43,394 bases of DNA from Gemmatimonadota bacterium. GTDB lineage: Bacteria; Gemmatimonadota; Gemmatimonadetes; Palauibacterales; KS3-K002. This document shows, one piece after another, positions 38,949-43,394 of this stretch (its first letter is position 1; every line of letters starts with the position of its first letter). The position numbers and the translations under genes were made by a program. The notes under the pieces were generated by a model. It ran no database searches, was not told where the DNA came from, and saw only the letters and a program-made list of their open reading frames with translations. Location of the stretch: assembly GCA_039589375.1 (NCBI GenBank), contig JBDHHL010000008.1, positions 1 to 43,394 on the forward strand, read 5' to 3'.

Positions 38949-39902
38949 CTACGCCCTCTCCGCAATCCAGCGGTAGGTTTGCATCAAACCGTCCGCCAGG
39001 TCCATTGATGCCTTCCACCCAAGTTGTTGTAGTCTTTCAGTCTTCAGGCTGTTCCACTCGAGTTCGCCCGGCCGCTCGGCCGCATAGTCCACGGGTACCT
39101 CCCGACCGGCAGCGCGCATCAGCTGAGCGGCCAGTTCGTTCACGCTGACCTCCTTGCCGGTGCCGACGTTGTACGCCCGATCATCGATCTCCGATCCATC
39201 GCCCAACTCCGCCTCCGACACCAGCATGTTGGCCGCGACCACGTCACCGACGTAGACGTAGTCGCGCGTCTGCTCGCCGGTGCCGAAGATGGTGATCGGA
39301 CTGTTCTCTATGAGGCGATTCGAAAAGATGGCCACCACTCCGGCCTCGCCGTGGGGGTCCTGTCTAGGCCCGTAGACGTTCGAATAGCGCAGAGCCACGT
39401 AGTCCAGCCCGTGCAACAGGCGATAGCAGCGCATGTAGTACTCGCTGACCAGCTTGCTGACGCCGTACGGCGACTCGGGGCGCTTGGGGGCGGTCTCCGG
39501 AATCGGCCGCTCCGTGGCATCGCCGTATACGACGCCGCCGGACGAGATCGTCACCACGCGCCGCGACTCCCAGCGTCGAGCCCCCTCCAGCAGGTTCAGC
39601 AGACCTTTGATGTTGACATCGGCGTCGAACATCGGCTCCTTTACCGACATCCTGACGTCGATCTGGGCCGCGTGGTGATTGACAACGTCGAAGCCGCCGC
39701 AGCGTTCGAACAGTTCGTGGAGCCGATCGTCTCGCACGTCCATCTCGACGAACTCGGCGCCATCCGGAACATTCTCGATCTTTCCACTGGAGAGGTTGTC
39801 TACAATGGTCACCGACCAGCCGCGTGCCAGATAGGCATCCGCCACGTGCGAACCGATGAATCCGGCACCTCCGGTCACGAGTACCTTCTTACGCTCCTCC
39901 AT
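38949..39902 (-). CDS. NAD-dependent sugar-nucleotide epimerase/dehydratase (GalE-like SDR)
   Basis: Start at ATG 39902: MEERKKVLVTGGAGFIGSH. Catalytic YGVSK. About 317 aa. The track start at 39995 lies inside hemA and adds a non-homologous N-terminus. Confidence 0.9.
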   Translation of the reverse strand: MEERKKVLVTGGAGFIGSHVADAYLARGWSVTIVDNLSSGKIENVPDGAEFVEMDVRDDRLHELFERCGGFDVVNHHAAQIDVRMSVKEPMFDADVNIKGLLNLLEGARRWESRRVVTISSGGVVYGDATERPIPETAPKRPESPYGVSKLVSEYYMRCYRLLHGLDYVALRYSNVYGPRQDPHGEAGVVAIFSNRLIENSPITIFGTGEQTRDYVYVGDVVAANMLVSEAELGDGSEIDDRAYNVGTGKEVSVNELAAQLMRAAGREVPVDYAAERPGELEWNSLKTERLQQLGWKASMDLADGLMQTYRWIAERA

Positions 39903-41193
39903 TTCCCTCCACCTCTTCCTCTTCCATAGCAAATAGATAGCGAGCGGCCTCCAAGACATCGTGCTCGCGGCCGTCCTCTGTGGCGGCGCGCACACGCGCC
40001 GTCGGTTGGTGCAACAACTTCTGCAGCAGATCCTTGGTCAGGCGGTCAACGCGTTGGCGATCTGCATCCGAAAGGTGGTCTAGCTTCGATAGGGCCCGGG
40101 CCAGCTCGGCCTGACGCACATCTTCGGCACGGTCGCGAAGCTGCTTTATGAAGGGGACCGAGCGCAGGCCGGAATACCAGCGCCAGAACTTGTCGACCTC
40201 ATCCGCGATGATCGCGTCAGCCTTCGGCAGCTCGGCTTGGCGGCGTTCAAGGTTCGCGGTGACTATGTGTTGCAGATCGTCGATGGTATACAGGAATACG
40301 TTAGGTCGTTCTCCGACGCCCGGTTCTACGTCCCGTGGGATGGCGATATCGATGATGAACAGCGGCGTCTTCAGCTTGGCAGGCATCCGTCGCTGGAATT
40401 CCTCACGCGTGATCATCGCGTGAGGAGCTGCCGTGGATGTGATTACAATATCCATATCCGGCAGCGAGTCCCAGAAATCGGCAAACGAGATGCTCGTTCC
40501 TCCGTATTTTTCCGCGACTTTCTGCGCGCGCATCATGTTACGGCTGGCCACCATTACACTGGTCACGCCCTCGTCGACCAGACACTCCAACGTCAGTTCG
40601 CCCATATCGCCGGCCCCGATTACCATGCCGCGCCGGCCGCGTAGCGAACCGAAGATCTTCTTAGCCAGTTCGACCGCCGCCGATGGCACCGAGGCCGCGC
40701 CTTCGGAAAGGCGCGTCTCGGTCCTGACACGGCCACCCACCGAGAGAGCCGACTGAAAGAGCCGGTTGAACACGGCGCGCACGGCTTGCCGCTGTCCCAT
40801 GAGGCTCCGCGCGGTCTCGTAGGCCTCGCGAACCTGACCCTGGATCTGGACCTCGCCGAGGACCATCGAGTCGAGACCCGAAACCACGCGATAGAGGTGC
40901 GCGACGGCGTCTTGACCAACCTTCACGTACAGGTAACGCTCCGCAGGCTTCGGAAGCTCGTCAGCCTGGCGCTCGAGCGTATCTATCACGTAAGGGATAG
41001 CGGCGTCGGGATCGGTGAGATGGAGATAGAATTCGGTGCGGTTACACGTCGAGACCAGCGCGCTCTCTGTGACACCGCTGTTCTCGAGCACGTGCCCCAG
41101 CACGTCTGCCATCTCCGTGGCCGAGAAGGCGAACTTCTCCCGGATCTCGACGGGAGCGGTACGATGACTGAGTCCGACTACTGCGAACGGCAT
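39889..41193 (-). CDS. hemA: glutamyl-tRNA reductase
   Basis: 434 aa. VVGLSHRTAPVEIREKFAF, catalytic Cys in STCNRTEFY, NADPH site VIGAGDMGE. Confidence 0.95.
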   Translation of the reverse strand: MPFAVVGLSHRTAPVEIREKFAFSATEMADVLGHVLENSGVTESALVSTCNRTEFYLHLTDPDAAIPYVIDTLERQADELPKPAERYLYVKVGQDAVAHLYRVVSGLDSMVLGEVQIQGQVREAYETARSLMGQRQAVRAVFNRLFQSALSVGGRVRTETRLSEGAASVPSAAVELAKKIFGSLRGRRGMVIGAGDMGELTLECLVDEGVTSVMVASRNMMRAQKVAEKYGGTSISFADFWDSLPDMDIVITSTAAPHAMITREEFQRRMPAKLKTPLFIIDIAIPRDVEPGVGERPNVFLYTIDDLQHIVTANLERRQAELPKADAIIADEVDKFWRWYSGLRSVPFIKQLRDRAEDVRQAELARALSKLDHLSDADRQRVDRLTKDLLQKLLHQPTARVRAATEDGREHDVLEAARYLFAMEEEEVEGNGGA

Positions 41194-41277
41194 ATACCCG
41201 TGGCTTCTAGCCCGATCTCGACCGCTGGTACGGCACTACCTGCTCTGGGATTACAGATCAACCCGAAACGCCTCCAT

Positions 41278-42090
41278 CTACAGGAAGAAGCGAGATTCAG
41301 GGATCAACAACTTCGCCACGAGGTATGCCAGGGACACAAAGGCAAAACCGGCGACGTTCCACAAGGCGGCCTGCCTCGATGTGCGGCGGCCGCCGAAGCG
41401 AGCCCAAAGGGCTAGCAACAGCGCGAGCCAGGCCAGGATTCCCCAGACCACCTTCGGATCCGACCAGCGAAATCCCCCCTCGAAGCGGATCGTCCACGCC
41501 CACCCTACCGAGATACCAAGCGTCAGCGCCGCGAACCCTACCGCCAGCGCCCATTCAGCCAGCCTGTCCAGAGTATCGAGCGGAGGGAAGAAATCGAACA
41601 CGGCTCCGAGCCGCTTAGCCTTCAGCTGGCGAAACTGCAGCATGTACATAATGGCTGCCGCTGCAGCCACGAGCCAGCCGGCGTAGCCGATGAAGCTGAG
41701 CGAGATGTGAAACAACAACCAGCGGCCGCGGAAGGCCAGTTCCGAGCCGGCCGGCTCTATGCCTACCAGAATGGCCACGATCAACAGAAACGACGCTGCC
41801 GGCGCCAGCAGAAGCCCGAGTGATCGGGCCGAGGCTGACATACCGAGTCCAGTCAGCGCGAGCGCGATCAACAGCGCGATGCTTGCGAGTGAGGGGCCGA
41901 GACCCACCAGCGGCGGCTCGCCGAAGCGTGTCCAGTACAGGCCGACGCCGATCAGGTGGCAGGCAAGGCCACCATACGTTATGACCGCCACGACCACGGT
42001 GGCGCGCGCGTGTCCGGCGAACCGAAGTGCATATCGAGCAGACGCGGCCAAGTAGAGGACCGCGGCAATTGCGTAAGCGAAAACGTGCAT
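41278..42090 (-). CDS. CcsA-family cytochrome c assembly / HemX-like integral membrane protein
   Basis: 270 aa, about 8 TM segments. Trp-rich segment GWAWTIRFEGGFRWSDPKVVWGILAWL. Immediately upstream of hemA, as in Bacillus hemA-hemX. Confidence 0.75.
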   Translation of the reverse strand: MHVFAYAIAAVLYLAASARYALRFAGHARATVVVAVITYGGLACHLIGVGLYWTRFGEPPLVGLGPSLASIALLIALALTGLGMSASARSLGLLLAPAASFLLIVAILVGIEPAGSELAFRGRWLLFHISLSFIGYAGWLVAAAAAIMYMLQFRQLKAKRLGAVFDFFPPLDTLDRLAEWALAVGFAALTLGISVGWAWTIRFEGGFRWSDPKVVWGILAWLALLLALWARFGGRRTSRQAALWNVAGFAFVSLAYLVAKLLIPESRFFL

Positions 42091-42107
42091 GCGAAGGGAA
42101 TATAGAA

Positions 42108-42156
42108 GACGCTCAGGAAGAAACTAGACCGGCCAACTCTTGGAGCTGGCCGGTCT
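42108..42156 (-). terminator. probable intrinsic terminator after the LysM gene
   Basis: Hairpin 42126-42156: AGACCGGCCA...TGGCCGGTCT (10 bp perfect, plus 3 more inner pairs). On the minus strand it is followed by AGTTTCTTCC. Confidence 0.55.
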
Positions 42157-42188
42157 ACGTTGACTACAGGGAATCTCGCTTCCGGGGC

Positions 42189-43394
42189 TCAGGAGGGCAT
42201 CTTCCGCACCAAGCGAACGGGCAGTCCGACCGCGATCGCCGGGTGCCTCTGTTTGATCACTCGAAGCGTCGCCGTCCTTTCCGTCACCCGCGTCACGCGC
42301 CCTTCCGCAATGTGTTCTTCCGGCAGTCTGAGTCCTTCCGGCGACCGCCGGCTGCCCAGAAAGATCTGGAACTCGTCGCCGATCGCGATGCCCTCGTCGC
42401 GGCCTATGTCTACGAATACCTGGTCTTCTACAGACGGCACCCACTGGTCTTCCAAGGTCGCGACTAGCTCGCCAGCCGGTCCGGCGCTGACGTCCTCGGC
42501 GAACACACCCCGGTCCATCTCGAAGCGGTCGAGCAGCGTGGCCTGATTGCCCTCCTCTATCTTATCGAACACCTCGATGACCACAGCTCTCGATACCTCC
42601 TCATACACAGCTGCGATCGTGGCGATGCCCGTCGGGCGTACGATGTGGCCGTACGGCCTAACCTCGCGCTCGATGCGCGTCAGGAGTACGCGATCGCCAG
42701 GCTCCGGCGGCTCACCCCCGGGATGACTCACGTATATGCCGCTATACGCAATGGGCGTCTGCTTGAACGAGACGGGTATGCTCACCGGTACCGCCGGGTC
42801 GATCAACTGACCCCGCGGACCGAGCTCCCGGAGAGGGATCAGCATGCCGCTTCGGTAGAAATCCCACTCCGAGACCGTAATGGGCGGGATTGACGCGATC
42901 GTCTGGTAAGTCAGCCTCTCTCGTACTTCTTCTTCTGTGCGAGCAGCGAAGATGGACTTAGCCTGCTGGAACTCCTGCGGCAGTCCCTCGACCTCCACCC
43001 CCGGGACCCTCTCGGTAACGGGCTCCTCGCCTGGCACCCTTCCCTCAACGGGCACAACCTCGCCGGCCCCCGGCAAACGCAGCTGTTCGGCCGGGTAGAT
43101 CCAGTGCGGATCCTCAACGACCACCGTATTGAGCCGATAGATCGCGGGCCAGAGGAAGGGATCGCTGAGATAGAAGGACGCCAGATCCCACAGCGTGTCC
43201 CCTTCGCGCACGACGTGCACAGAACGACCCTCTTGGGTCGTCTGTGTAGCCTGCTGCTCTTGCTGCCTTTCTTGTGCGTCGAGGGGGAGGGCTTTAGGCA
43301 GTGATAGCGCGAACAAAGTCGCGAGGACGAACAGGACGTGCTTAGAAGGGCAGGTCGTCACCCTCCTCCAGCGATTCCGCCGGAAAATCATCAT
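42189..43394 (-). CDS. secreted LysM-domain protein (5' end at or beyond the window edge)
   Basis: At least 401 aa. Signal-like HVLFVLATLFALSLPKALPLDAQ. LysM motif HVVREGDTLWDLASFYLSDPFLWPAIYRLN...IYPAEQLRLP. C-terminal beta-rich region without a family I can name. ATGATG sits exactly at the window end, so the start is unverified. Confidence 0.75.
   Translation of the reverse strand: MMIFRRNRWRRVTTCPSKHVLFVLATLFALSLPKALPLDAQERQQEQQATQTTQEGRSVHVVREGDTLWDLASFYLSDPFLWPAIYRLNTVVVEDPHWIYPAEQLRLPGAGEVVPVEGRVPGEEPVTERVPGVEVEGLPQEFQQAKSIFAARTEEEVRERLTYQTIASIPPITVSEWDFYRSGMLIPLRELGPRGQLIDPAVPVSIPVSFKQTPIAYSGIYVSHPGGEPPEPGDRVLLTRIEREVRPYGHIVRPTGIATIAAVYEEVSRAVVIEVFDKIEEGNQATLLDRFEMDRGVFAEDVSAGPAGELVATLEDQWVPSVEDQVFVDIGRDEGIAIGDEFQIFLGSRRSPEGLRLPEEHIAEGRVTRVTERTATLRVIKQRHPAIAVGLPVRLVRKMPS

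Noticed and set aside
38947-39018. Longer tolQ start (ORF 38236..39018), and likewise the longer epimerase start (39995), hemL start (9223) and pal start (35633)
   Set aside because: The extensions overlap the upstream genes' coding ends and add non-homologous residues. Internal ATGs with an RBS or a stop/start junction give family-typical N-termini.

Overview
This is a visibly GC-rich, tightly packed chromosomal segment from a diderm bacterium. The gene content (LptD, LolA-like, Lnt, complete Tol-Pal, TatC) and several protein architectures remind me of Gemmatimonadota or the wider FCB group, but the taxon cannot be proven from this window. I support about 38 genes. All but one (the PpiD-like chaperone, + strand) are on the minus strand, and many neighbours overlap by 1-25 nt at stop/start (ATGA/GTGA type). 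Read in minus-strand transcription order (high to low coordinates), the window contains:
- a LysM protein (partial)
- a CcsA/HemX-like protein, hemA and an NAD-dependent epimerase
- a Tol-Pal cluster: tolQ, tolR, a TonB/TolA-like protein, tolB, pal, ybgF
- nrdR, tatC, lptD
- hutU (reading frame broken) and hutI
- giant acidic TPR protein B, a polyprenyl synthase and a DUF4321-like protein, with the convergent + strand ppiD-like gene
- giant acidic TPR protein A, aroQ, an M24 aminopeptidase, efp, accB, accC
- comB (frameshifted), ftsK, lolA-like, rimO, hemL, ispG, a Gfo/Idh/MocA oxidoreductase, lnt
- rpmE, prfA, prmC
- a PIP-synthase-like CDP-alcohol phosphatidyltransferase and inositol-3-phosphate synthase (partial, not in the ORF track)

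I found no tRNA or rRNA genes, CRISPR arrays, transposases, integrases or recognisable defence or toxin systems. This looks like core chromosome rather than an island. The observations most worth a second look are:
- the two roughly 850-aa, extremely acidic, repeat-bearing TPR scaffold proteins
- an in-frame 27-bp tandem repeat in protein A
- a recurring IVPTTLE-type short motif in protein B
- two frame-disrupted metabolic genes (hutU, comB)
- an inositol-lipid gene pair
- a Pal lipoprotein with an EP-repeat plus an E/R-rich linker
- ribosomal protein L31 with a Lys/Ala-rich tail
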